Shown: piece after piece, positions 45,417-54,132 of the stretch
How the letters are laid out: every line of letters begins with the position of its first letter
Position numbering within the stretch: the stretch's first letter is position 1
From: Candidatus Dormiibacterota bacterium
GTDB lineage: Bacteria > Acidobacteriota > Terriglobia > Acidiferrales > UBA7541
Length of the DNA stretch: 64,000 bases
Assembly (NCBI GenBank): GCA_035603595.1
Contig: DATNKB010000353.1
Coordinates: forward strand, 14,856 to 78,855
Direction: 5' to 3'
The notes under the pieces: generated by a model
Database searches by the model: none
What the model was told of the DNA's origin: nothing
What the model saw: only the letters and a program-made list of their open reading frames with translations
Program-made: the position numbers and the translations under genes

Positions 45417-46829
45417 GTGCGAAACGCTCTAATAATGGTGTTCATGCTATTCACTGCTGGACCTCTCGGGGCGCAGCAGGCACCGTCTTCGTCGGTATCC
45501 GTTCCAAGTACTGACTCACCCGCTGAACTCGACAAGTTGAAGGAGAGTTGCTTCAGCTTCAAAGGTGTTCCGGATTGTGCGGAAGAACTGTTTACCGGGA
45601 AACCTTTTCACGTGGCTGTCGGAAGCATCGCTCCACAAAATGGATTTGGCGCAGGTCTGGCGTATGTGGGTCACAAGACAACTGAAAATTGGCGAAACAG
45701 GTGGAACGCGGATGCTGTGGGCTCGACGAATGCGTCTTGGCGTGCAGGGCTCTACATAAAGTTCGTGCACACGCCAAACAAGCCGATCGGAGTGGCCTTT
45801 GGTCCGCCGCCCGCGCCGAAGCGGAACCTCACTGAAATGCCCGAGCACACAGTTTTCGGTTTGTACGCCCAGGCGATTTCGCTTAACAAGCTGACCTACT
45901 TCGGCCTCGGCCCTTCGACTAACCGTGCAGGCCGCTCCTTTTACGGAATGACGGAGACGATCGTAGGCGGAAATGTTGTCAAGCCTTTCTCCACAAGGCT
46001 GCATGCGTCGCTCTATGGCGAACTCAACGGTCGCTTCGTGGATCTCCGAGGCGCCCGCGGTCAAGCAAGCCCATCCATTGAGCAACTCTACACAGAAGCG
46101 ACGGCGCCAGGCCTAACCACGCAGCCGTCGACGCTGCAACTTGCCGAAGGTATACGGATCCGGCCGATCTTCGCAGCAGACTTGATCCGCTTGAACTACA
46201 GTCTTGCGTACCAGCAATATGTGGCACCGGCAAAGTCTAGTTTTTCCTTTGAGCGGCTGAACATCGATCTTGGCCACGAATTTGCCCTGTACGGGAAGAC
46301 CACGCGTGTCTTGGACGCGCGCCCCAGCAACGGTCCGGACGATTGCGCCCTGGACCCGGTAACGCATCCACAGTGTCCAAAGCCTTTTGCGCGAAACTTC
46401 GAGGGAACGATCGGGTTCCGCTTCCTCATCGCACTGTCGATGACGCCTGAAGGAAACACGGTCCCGTTTTATTTTCAGCCCACCCTGGGCGGCGCGGATA
46501 GCAACGGCAACCCATCTCTTGCGAGCTATCAGGATTATCGCTTTCGCGCGCCGAATGTAATGCTGCTTCGCGAGAGCTTCGAGCATTCCATCTGGAATTT
46601 GCCGATCGGTTTTACGCTCATGGCTGATGAAGGCAAGGTAGCCCTGACGCGTGGTGGTCTAGGTTCGAGTCCTTGGCTTCACAGTTTCTCGACCGGATTG
46701 ACTCTCCGCGCCGGCGGGTTTCCTCAGGTGTATCTGCTTTTTTCCTGGGGAGGAAACGAAGGCACGCACACCATTGCAAACGTGAACACCGCGCTGCTGG
46801 GCGGCTCCGCGCGCCCGTCGTTGTATTGA
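45417..46829 (+). CDS. outer-membrane beta-barrel protein, Omp85/surface-antigen-like
   Basis: The RBS AAGGAGG precedes a GTG start. The signal peptide is MRNALIMVFMLFTAGPLGAQQ. The C-terminal region PTLGGADSNGNPSLASYQDYRFRAPNVMLLRESFEHSIW...MADEGKV resembles the Omp85 barrel motif. The protein ends in an aromatic residue (…PSLY). Confidence 0.7.
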   Translation: MRNALIMVFMLFTAGPLGAQQAPSSSVSVPSTDSPAELDKLKESCFSFKGVPDCAEELFTGKPFHVAVGSIAPQNGFGAGLAYVGHKTTENWRNRWNADAVGSTNASWRAGLYIKFVHTPNKPIGVAFGPPPAPKRNLTEMPEHTVFGLYAQAISLNKLTYFGLGPSTNRAGRSFYGMTETIVGGNVVKPFSTRLHASLYGELNGRFVDLRGARGQASPSIEQLYTEATAPGLTTQPSTLQLAEGIRIRPIFAADLIRLNYSLAYQQYVAPAKSSFSFERLNIDLGHEFALYGKTTRVLDARPSNGPDDCALDPVTHPQCPKPFARNFEGTIGFRFLIALSMTPEGNTVPFYFQPTLGGADSNGNPSLASYQDYRFRAPNVMLLRESFEHSIWNLPIGFTLMADEGKVALTRGGLGSSPWLHSFSTGLTLRAGGFPQVYLLFSWGGNEGTHTIANVNTALLGGSARPSLY

Positions 46830-46904
46830 CCCCTGCGTGGCAATGCCCGGGACGATCGAGTCGTCCTCAACGACGTCGGAAATGAGTCGAGGAAGGAGAA
46901 TTCC

Positions 46905-47837
46905 ATGTTCGGTTCTGAAATACTGGAAGTTGCCGTCGGAATGGTTTTCATTTAACTGCTGCTCAGTTTGATCTGTTCTGCGGTGAACGAACTCATCGAA
47001 CGGCAACTGAAGAACCGGGCCAAAGACCTTGAATGCGGACTGCGCGAACTCTTGAACGATCCGCAGGGGAATGACCTGGTCAAGAAGCTATACGACCACG
47101 GAATGATCAGTGGCCTCTTCAAAGGCAAGTACGATCCCCAAGGGCCTAAAAGGAACCTTCCGTCCTACATCCCGGCGCGCAACTTCTCGATCGCCCTGCT
47201 GAACATCATCGTTCCCGACGGTTCAAATTCCGGAACCTTGGACCCCATAAAAAAAGGCAGTAGGCGAGATGCAGAATGTCCAAGTGAAGACCGCACTGGC
47301 GGCGATGGTGGATTGCGCGGGAAATGACCTCGCCAAATTCCGAGCCAGTATCGAGGGTTGGTTCAACAGCACGATGGACCGGGTCTCGGGCTGGTATAAG
47401 CGCCGGTCCCAACTCATTATCTTTACATCATCTTTACATCAGGCTTGCTGATCGCTCTCTTGCTGAACGTCAACTCGGTGACGGTCGCCAATGATCTGTG
47501 GTTACACAAGGCGCAGCGGGATGCACTGGTGTCTGCGGCTCAAGGCTATCTCAACAAGCACCCAGGGACGGAGGTGTCGACGAGTCCGGACCCGGGACTG
47601 CAATCGGACGTCGACAATTTGAAGAACTACGGTCTATCGACTGGCTGGACCGGCGCGTCCAAGTCGAGGCTTTGGGAGATTCGCTTCCTCGCAACCTCTT
47701 TGCTCGGATGGTTAATCACAGCTTGCGCGATGTCCCTGGGAGCCCCTTTCTGGTTCGACCTCCTTAACAAGTTCATCGTGATTCGCTCGACGGTGAAGCC
47801 CAACGAAAAGAGTGGCGAAGAACCATCGAAAGACTGA
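46905..47837 (+). pseudogene. conserved membrane protein gene inactivated by a nonsense codon and two frameshifts
   Basis: A strong RBS (GGAAGGAGAA) precedes the ATG at 46905 (MFGSEILEVAVGMVFI). It carries three lesions:
- an in-frame TAA at 46953-46955;
- a frame change near an A7 run (47249-47255);
- a second frame change at an 11-bp tandem duplication (47419-47440).
All three frame segments read like one protein (…WFNSTMDRVSGWYKRR… …LGAPFWFDLLNKFIVIRSTVKP). Confidence 0.7.
47419..47440 (+). repeat. perfect 11-bp tandem duplication (atctttacatc x2)
   Basis: Read directly: 47419-47429 equals 47430-47440. Its length (11, which is 2 mod 3) exactly accounts for the frame change between ORFs 47269..47451 and 47445..47837. 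Confidence 0.9.
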
Positions 47838-47878
47838 GAGCGAACTGTGGATAAGACTGACTCGCAACAGAGGGCTCG

Positions 47879-48560
47879 ATGCCGAAAAACATCGTGATTT
47901 GACTCCGACGAAGTGTAGGGGACAATGGCGACCGAACGTTGCCTTGAATCCCTCAGCCACTGCGAACGTATGCGTCATACCGGCGGCCTTGCGCGTTTTC
48001 CGCGCGTACATCCGCGTGACGCAAGGAATCAGGCCATCGTTGCCGGGGCACAGCAGTCCGAACATGTGCAGTACCTTCCAGAGCAATTTATGGGCCCTGA
48101 ACTGCCCGGTCAGAGTACCAAGCAGGTTTGGTTTTCGGGCGTTCATTCGGACATTGGCGGATCCGATGCATACACTGAGAGTGGACTGTGGCAAATAACG
48201 CTGGAATGGGTGATGTGTGAAGCGGTGGCCTTGGGCTTACTGGTTGACCCACTAAAAACTCAGCAAGCATTGGGACGAGTACCTCCTTCTCCTCCCGTAG
48301 CGCCCGATCCGAGTGCGGCAACGCATAATTCTCTTACCACGCTGTGGTGGATACTCGAATTTTTGCCACACTCATATTATGACGCTGTCTTGAAACGGCC
48401 CCGCTGGCGAATTCCTCTCGGCGCGAGGCGTTGCATTCCGGAGGGATCCACCCTGCATTCGACCGTGAACGACAAGTGTTGCGTCGATCGGGGATACAAG
48501 CCCTCGAACCTACCCAAAGACGCGAAGGAAGAACCGCGATACTCGTGCTCGTTCGAGTAA
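47879..48560 (+). pseudogene. rearranged relic of a DUF2235 (Tle1-like alpha/beta hydrolase) gene
   Basis: The + strand starts MPKNIVI then stops. The + strand C-terminal part (QVWFSGVHSDIGGSDAY...WWILEF...RWRIPLGARRCIPEGSTLHSTV...YKPSNLPK) parallels the intact copy at 51996..53180. A middle piece (LHMFGLLCPGNDGLIPCVTRM...FKATFGRHCPLHFVGV) is encoded on the minus strand at about 47901-48077. Confidence 0.7.
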
Positions 48561-48581
48561 ACGGTTTGCTCGGGCTCTGGA

Positions 48582-49373
48582 CTAGGAGAAAACCTTCCGA
48601 AGTTCCGCTACTAGATTCGAAACCGCGTCGGCATCAATCGTTCCCGAGTCCGGGATTCCCCGTGATAACGCGAATTCTCGGAACGCTGCCAGAGTCTCGA
48701 CGCCGGCAATTCCGTCCACGGGGCCCGGATGGAAACCAAGATAGGTCAGGTAGAGCTGCGCCGCGCGCACATCCAAGTCTGGAAGCACGCCGGTCAAGTG
48801 CTTTTGATATTCGCCATTCAAGCGAACGTCATACCGGTTGATAACGTAGTTTGGGCCATTGTAGCCGCGGGCGAATGAGGTCCAGTCGTGCGCTTCTAAG
48901 GACAGGCTCAGGTGCGAACCGACCAGAAAACTCTTCATCGCCGCAAGCTGCGCGTCCTCGGATTCCGACATCGCTACGACCATCTCGTAAACACTCTGGA
49001 ATCCGGCGAGCGCATAGTTTTGACCCATGATCTGCCCGATACCCCAAGAAGCACTCTGGAGCGCTGACGCACGGTCCTTTGCGATAGCCCTCGCGAGTCT
49101 GTCGTATTGCTGCGCGCCCCTTGCCCCGTAGCCTCCGGGGTTTGGGTCGCTGATGTCACCATCATCGAAACGGCCACTAGTCAGCCGATGAAAGATATGC
49201 CTCTCATAGAGGATTTGGGGACGGCGATCCGGCAGGAATCCGCAACCTAGAGTCTCAACGCCGAGCACGGTCCAAATTTCGGCAGCGTGTACGCCAAGTT
49301 CGCTGCTGATTCCGGCGAGCCCGTCTGAACTCAAGGCTAAGGCATTGCCCTCAAATGGGAGCAAATGTGGCAT
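48582..49373 (-). CDS. N-acetylmuramidase (DUF3380-type) with C-terminal peptidoglycan-binding domain
   Basis: QSASWGIGQIMGQNYALAGFQSVYEMVVAMSESEDAQLAAMKSFL...DWTSFARGYNGPNYVINRYDVRL matches the DUF3380 muramidase signature. The C-terminal AAQLYLTYLGFHPGPVDGIAGVETLAAFREF is PG_binding_1-like. There is no signal peptide. Confidence 0.85.
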   Translation of the reverse strand: MPHLLPFEGNALALSSDGLAGISSELGVHAAEIWTVLGVETLGCGFLPDRRPQILYERHIFHRLTSGRFDDGDISDPNPGGYGARGAQQYDRLARAIAKDRASALQSASWGIGQIMGQNYALAGFQSVYEMVVAMSESEDAQLAAMKSFLVGSHLSLSLEAHDWTSFARGYNGPNYVINRYDVRLNGEYQKHLTGVLPDLDVRAAQLYLTYLGFHPGPVDGIAGVETLAAFREFALSRGIPDSGTIDADAVSNLVAELRKVFS

Positions 49374-49678
49374 GTCAACACACGGATAGGAAATCTAGCT
49401 CGTCAACGACGGCCTTTGACGTCTTTTGCGTTCTTCTACCAACGATCGTTCATGGACCGCCGAAAAACTGAGGCTTTAAGAGCAACTTGGCCCAGCTGGC
49501 CCCAGGAATCATAGGAGCGAAGTTGAGAATGAGTGCGAGTCTATTCCTAGTTGTTTTTCTGTCAAGTCCAAAGTAGCTAAAATTTCTGGCCCGCGGGTTG
49601 TAACGATTTTTGGCTCCCCATCACTACCTAACAGGGAGCCCTGTTTGCTTCGACGCGCGAAATTCCATTTGAAAAGCG

Positions 49679-50345
49679 TTGTTGCAGTCCGATGCCGGGC
49701 GGAAAGACCTTGCGGCCACGCGATCGTACGCCTCGGGTGAACCGGGATCGCGGTACATTGATTTTGTGATACCAGGGCTGCTTGGAATGAATCTGCTGAA
49801 CTCCGGCCTTTGGGGAATTGGATCCACCCTAGTGGATATGCGTCAACGAAAGCTGCTCAAGCGCTTCGCAGCGACACCAATGCGCCATTCTGATTATTTA
49901 CTAGCCCTAACGAGTAGCCGTTTAATTTTTATGTTACTTGAGGTCGTTATATTTCTGGGATTCGGCTTCGCCTTCTTTCAAATGCCGGTCCACGGGTCCC
50001 CGATCACCATACTGCTGCTGTGTACGATTGGTTCGACTTGCTTCTCTGGTTTGGGACTGCTCACGGCCAGTCGTGCGCAAAAGCAGCGAGAGTGCCAACG
50101 GATTAATCAATCTTGTCACGATGCCAATGTGGATTTTGTCCGGGGTATTCTTCTCGTATGAGCGCTACCCGGCGTTGATGCAACCCTTGATCCGAAGCCT
50201 GCCCCTAACAGCACTCATCGATGCGCTCCGATCAACCATCCTTGAAGGAGCCCCTCTCACTAATCAAGCTGGCAGGCTCACAGTTCTTGTCTTGTGGGGT
50301 GGCATTTCCTGGATGCTAGGCCTCCGCTGGTTCCGATGGACATAA
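49679..50345 (+). pseudogene. ABC-2 type transporter permease, 5'-truncated and frameshifted
   Basis: IDFVIPGLLGMNLLNSGLWGIGSTLVDMRQRKLLKRFAATPM is typical of ABC-2 permeases, but about 90 N-terminal residues are missing. The C-terminal part (NGLINLVTMPMWILSGVFFSYERYPALMQPLIRSLPLTALIDALR...FRW) is in another frame. The shift is near 50075-50090. Confidence 0.7.
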
Positions 50346-51303
50346 GGGCGGCATGCGTTTTTCTGGCATTCTGCGGCAACGGCGGTCTCGGGCGCACGTC
50401 TCTCTTTACGATAGCTGCGAACCGTGCGCGAGATTTCTTCTTCGGAGAGTTCTCCAATGTCTTTGCCGCCTCGGTTAGCGATTTTTCACCCCGTCGCTTT
50501 CTCCCAAGTGGCAGATCCTTTTGGACATCATCATTCGTTCTGTTCTCCGATGAGGCGGCTCAGGTCAGGGATTCATTTTCACCGCACTGATTGGGCGACT
50601 CCACCGCCGCCATAGTGTCTTCTGGGGCGAAGTCTGGCAGAAAGAGGTGTCTTGCGTGAGTCGGCTGAATTAAATGCGCCCTACCAAATACCTCAAGGCA
50701 GCGAGCAGCACACCTGCGAGTATGACCGCCCCGATAAGATGCAGGTTATCCATCGACGTCACTCTACCAGGTTAACTTATAAAATGGTAATATACTGCGC
50801 ATGACTTTCCAGGGTTGCTGTTCCTACTGCGATGTGGTGCTAGGAGTGCCCAGCATGCAGGGCCGCGATCAACTTATGGTGAAGTGGGACGATGGAGGCT
50901 TCGTCGCCGTCTCTGCTGTAGACGAATGCGAATCCGTTTAAAAGTCCGGAGCTTCCGCCCCTGCGGGAGATGCAGCCGATGGAGGAATTAATGCCTCGCG
51001 TAAGGCAGCAAGGATTTCGCTGCTTCGCGTTTCTGGGAGGAAATCTGGGAGGCAAGCGATGCTCCGTGATCTGCTATTTTTTTGGCCTTTCCCTACCGAG
51101 ACCTTCATCCTTGAGCAAATAGCTTCGAAGAACGGTCTCGATTTCATTGTGGGCTTTCACCCGGGCCCAATTCATCTGCCAATTCGGAAACGACGTCGAC
51201 AATTTCTTTTTGCATTTCGGTGTTCTTCGAGGCGGTACCTGGTCTGGGTCATGATGCCATCGTGGCGCAATTGGCCACGCTTCGAGCGTCCTTTGGAAAT
51301 TGA

Positions 51304-51828
51304 GTGATGGATCTTGCCACGCAACAACGGAAACTTCTACGCCTTTTCAGGGGCACCTACCGGTTATTTTCAGACGATGATAACTACATCTCTAGAGTTG
51401 CGCAATCGAACCATCTTCAGGAAGGACGAAGGAACATCTTGCTGTGGCGAATTTATGTCCTTGAACGCACCTGCGCTCTTACCGTTACGCTCCTGAGACA
51501 GCGCAACATTCTGGAAGAGACAGTCAGCGCTTTCATCGAAGAAAACAATATTTCTCCTTTCAGAGAGACACAGGCCCTAGCTTTCTTGGACGTCCTCGGC
51601 CGTCATAATGATCACTTGATAGCGTCAGTGGCACAGTTTGAACTTGCCCTCATCAAAGTAAAGCAGGGAGATTCGTGCTCTTATCTAGTGTCTTGGAGTG
51701 TTGACCCGTCTGTGATCTTATACAGTCTGGCGAGGAACATTCCGCTGGAGGACGAGGTTCAAGAAGCGCCCTACCAAGTTCTGATTTCCCGCGACATTCC
51801 GTGGATGTTCCAGATATGGGCCGCCTAA
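51304..51828 (+). CDS. 174-aa hypothetical protein
   Basis: The GTG at 51304 overlaps the stop of the short upstream ORF 51059..51307 (GTGA). The composition is coding-like. I only have a vague impression of a DUF2063-like N-terminus, which is not enough for a call. Confidence 0.5.
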   Translation: MMDLATQQRKLLRLFRGTYRLFSDDDNYISRVAQSNHLQEGRRNILLWRIYVLERTCALTVTLLRQRNILEETVSAFIEENNISPFRETQALAFLDVLGRHNDHLIASVAQFELALIKVKQGDSCSYLVSWSVDPSVILYSLARNIPLEDEVQEAPYQVLISRDIPWMFQIWAA

Positions 51829-51995
51829 GGCTTGCGACTCCGCCAACTCCGCGGAAAGAACGTTCGCAGTCACTTCAAAATCCTCTGGAGGATAATTCCG
51901 CAAAATCTTTCGGACGGGCCTGACAGATGGTTCCCGGCTGCATCAGATCTCGAGCGGACCGTCTAACCACTCGGAACCCTCGATCCTCCCCATTC

Positions 51996-53180
51996 CTAAG
52001 AACTTACTCCAGTCGTGCAGCTATCCGTCGAAAAAGACCGTTGCTTGGGCAAGTTAGTCGGCGAATAGAGTCCAGCAACCGCCAGACGCTGCCGAACCGA
52101 CTCATGAAAGACTGAGTTTTCCGGAATCCAGCGCCTTCGTCCAAGATTTACTCGAAGCGACCGATGCCAAGTCCCGTCAGATTTCTGTTTCTTGATTATT
52201 TTCGGCCAGAACTCGGCAATCCACCATGCGCCGCGAAGCGACTCGTGCTGATTTGTTGTGAGCGGATCAGGCTTCACGTAAGGAGCCACGCCCCCGAGCA
52301 CTTCCGCAGCACGGCCGGAATCGATTAAGAGGCCAGCGAGCCCGGCCTCACATATCATCCAACGTAGCGCGATTTGTGAAAGTTGACTTTCTGATTCGGG
52401 GTAGCTTCCTCCAACATTCGAGTGCACTCCCGCGAACCAGACTTCGCTTACATCCTGGTCACTGTTATTGGGCGGACCAAATGAATTCCTTCGGAAAAAG
52501 GCTCGGCGCTCGTCGATCGAAATGGCATGCCGAACTATCGAAAGGTCGGGATTATTTGTCGCATTTGTGAATGGGAAGCGGACCGCGTTGTAGACCCAAC
52601 CCAAGGAACTAACGGTGTCCCACACGCCCACAAAATGGGGTCTGCACTCACGCGAAAAGGTTTTCTTGAAGGCAGCGGCTACACCGAAGTCGACGTGCTT
52701 TCCCTTGATCATGCGGATCGCGTAGGGGATTAGAGCTTCATTGTCCTCAAACAGAAGCCCGACGATATGAAGCATCCCACACAACGCGCGAGCCGTGTAG
52801 GCTCCGCGGCTGAATCCGAATACAAAGACGACATCACCCGGTCTGTACGTTCTCATTAAGAATTGGTACGCATCTGCAATGTTATCGGAAATGCCGTAAC
52901 CAAAAGCCAGACCTATCACTTTGGTCCACCATTTGCCTATCGAGCTAAGGGCATTGCGCGCACCCATCGTGCCAACGCCGGGATGATAATAAGCGATTTG
53001 GGTGGCGCTATGGACCAATGTCTTATACAGCTTAATTACGTTGGAATTGTGATCCCCGAACTCATTTCCCGTCCCATCGCAACAGATCACAATATTCTTG
53101 GGCTCGATCCCACGCTTTAAATCGGCGGAGCTTGATTGCTGTGATGCCGTTGGCGTCTCAAGGGAAGTATCTGGAACCAT
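51996..53180 (-). CDS. DUF2235 alpha/beta hydrolase (T6SS Tle1-like phospholipase family)
   Basis: I prefer the start at ATG 53180 (MVPDTS), preceded by AAGGAG. The ORF-track GTG at 53234 lacks an RBS. Motifs present are NIVICCDGTGNEFG, the nucleophile elbow VFGFSRGAYTARAL, HFVGVWDTVSSLG and VWFAGVHSNVGGSY. Confidence 0.85.
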   Translation of the reverse strand: MVPDTSLETPTASQQSSSADLKRGIEPKNIVICCDGTGNEFGDHNSNVIKLYKTLVHSATQIAYYHPGVGTMGARNALSSIGKWWTKVIGLAFGYGISDNIADAYQFLMRTYRPGDVVFVFGFSRGAYTARALCGMLHIVGLLFEDNEALIPYAIRMIKGKHVDFGVAAAFKKTFSRECRPHFVGVWDTVSSLGWVYNAVRFPFTNATNNPDLSIVRHAISIDERRAFFRRNSFGPPNNSDQDVSEVWFAGVHSNVGGSYPESESQLSQIALRWMICEAGLAGLLIDSGRAAEVLGGVAPYVKPDPLTTNQHESLRGAWWIAEFWPKIIKKQKSDGTWHRSLRVNLGRRRWIPENSVFHESVRQRLAVAGLYSPTNLPKQRSFSTDSCTTGVSS

Positions 53181-53312
53181 CACATCTCCTTCATTCCGGT
53201 GTCTGTATAGAAGTGAGCTACGAATCTTACTCACTATCTACGCAAATTAAAACTTGTAGTTGCATGAACTATCTGCTAGTTTGCGGCTCACATTTCACGT
53301 CGCGAGAACCCT

Positions 53313-53636
53313 ATGCTTGCGCCTCGCATAATCGACTTCGTGTCCGCCCTCTTCGTGTATGGATTGTCTGCGATCATAGTCTGGAAGCTCTTGAGGGCGA
53401 GGATTAATATGCGAGGTTTATTGAAGGACAAGTCACAGCCCTCGCGAATAAGCCCAGAGCGTGTGCAGCTCTTGATTTCGACAACCGCGGTATGCGTCGG
53501 CTATCTACGTAACTCTTCGGCCTTGCAGCACGGAAACTTTCCCCAAGTTGATTCAGGGTGGCTCTTTTTCTTTGGCGGAAGTAGCCTTATCTACTCCGCT
53601 CGCAAGGTTTTCGAAAGATTCCACAGTGCAAAATAA
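53313..53636 (+). CDS. small membrane protein, paralogue 1
   Basis: It has a TM helix (FVSALFVYGLSAIIVWKLL) and the pattern SRISPERVQLLISTTAVCVGYL...FPQVDSGWLFFFGGSSLIYSARK, shared with the next ORF. Confidence 0.5.
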   Translation: MLAPRIIDFVSALFVYGLSAIIVWKLLRARINMRGLLKDKSQPSRISPERVQLLISTTAVCVGYLRNSSALQHGNFPQVDSGWLFFFGGSSLIYSARKVFERFHSAK

Positions 53637-53649
53637 ATAGGAGGTTACA

Positions 53650-54033
53650 GTGGACAAACTTGGCAACGTTTGTGAACTCTTGGCATGTATTTTTCTCGGT
53701 GTTCTCGCCATCATCTTATTGTGGAAGATCGCCACCGACAAAATTGATCTCGAATGGTTGATTAGCGAGGACAACGGACATGCAAGCATGTCCAGATTTC
53801 AACTTTTGATATTCACATTCGTGATCGCCATCAGCTTCGTGAAATTGACGGAGGCGCAGGGTTCCTTTCCGGAGATCAACAGCGGCGTACTAACGCTGCT
53901 AGGGATCAGTGCGAGCACCTACGCGGTAGGAAAAGGAATTCAAATGTCAGGAGATAACCAAACCCCACCGGCGCCGAACAGCCCCAAGCCTACGAATCCG
54001 GCAAACCCGGACACCGTTTTGAAAAAGGACTAG
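53650..54033 (+). CDS. small membrane protein, paralogue 2, with Pro-rich C-terminal tail
   Basis: The RBS AGGAGG precedes a GTG start. The sequence LACIFLGVLAIILLWKI...SMSRFQLLIFTFVIAISFVKL...FPEINSGVLTLLGISASTYAVGK parallels ORF 53313. The tail is NQTPPAPNSPKPTNPANP. Confidence 0.6.
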   Translation: MDKLGNVCELLACIFLGVLAIILLWKIATDKIDLEWLISEDNGHASMSRFQLLIFTFVIAISFVKLTEAQGSFPEINSGVLTLLGISASTYAVGKGIQMSGDNQTPPAPNSPKPTNPANPDTVLKKD

Positions 54034-54132
54034 GATTCTGCCAGAACGCGAGTTCCACCTAAACGGACCCGGAGAGACGCCAAACAAATGAAATTCGCGC
54101 TTGCTCGCGATTCACTACGGAGGTGGACCTAG

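Noticed and set aside
47712-48194. A 160-aa minus-strand ORF treated as a functional gene.
   Set aside because: Only its central 60 residues or so resemble anything (the DUF2235 middle segment). The flanks are antisense to other relic pieces. I interpret it as an inverted fragment of a pseudogene.
50670-50753. A 27-aa minus-strand ORF (MDNLHLIGAVILAGVLLAALRYLVGRI) resembling KdpF-type small membrane subunits.
   Set aside because: There is no kdpA/B/C or other partner gene nearby and no RBS. A single hydrophobic mini-ORF can arise by chance.
51059-51828. A RiPP-type (DUF692/DUF2063, bufferin-like) cassette, suggested by the GTGA-coupled ORF pair and a nearby Cys-rich 46-aa ORF (about 50801-50941, MTFQGCCSYCDVV...).
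   Set aside because: I could not find DUF692 signature blocks in any frame upstream. My DUF2063 impression for ORF 51304 is weak, and the Cys-rich peptide lacks a signal or leader. There is not enough evidence.
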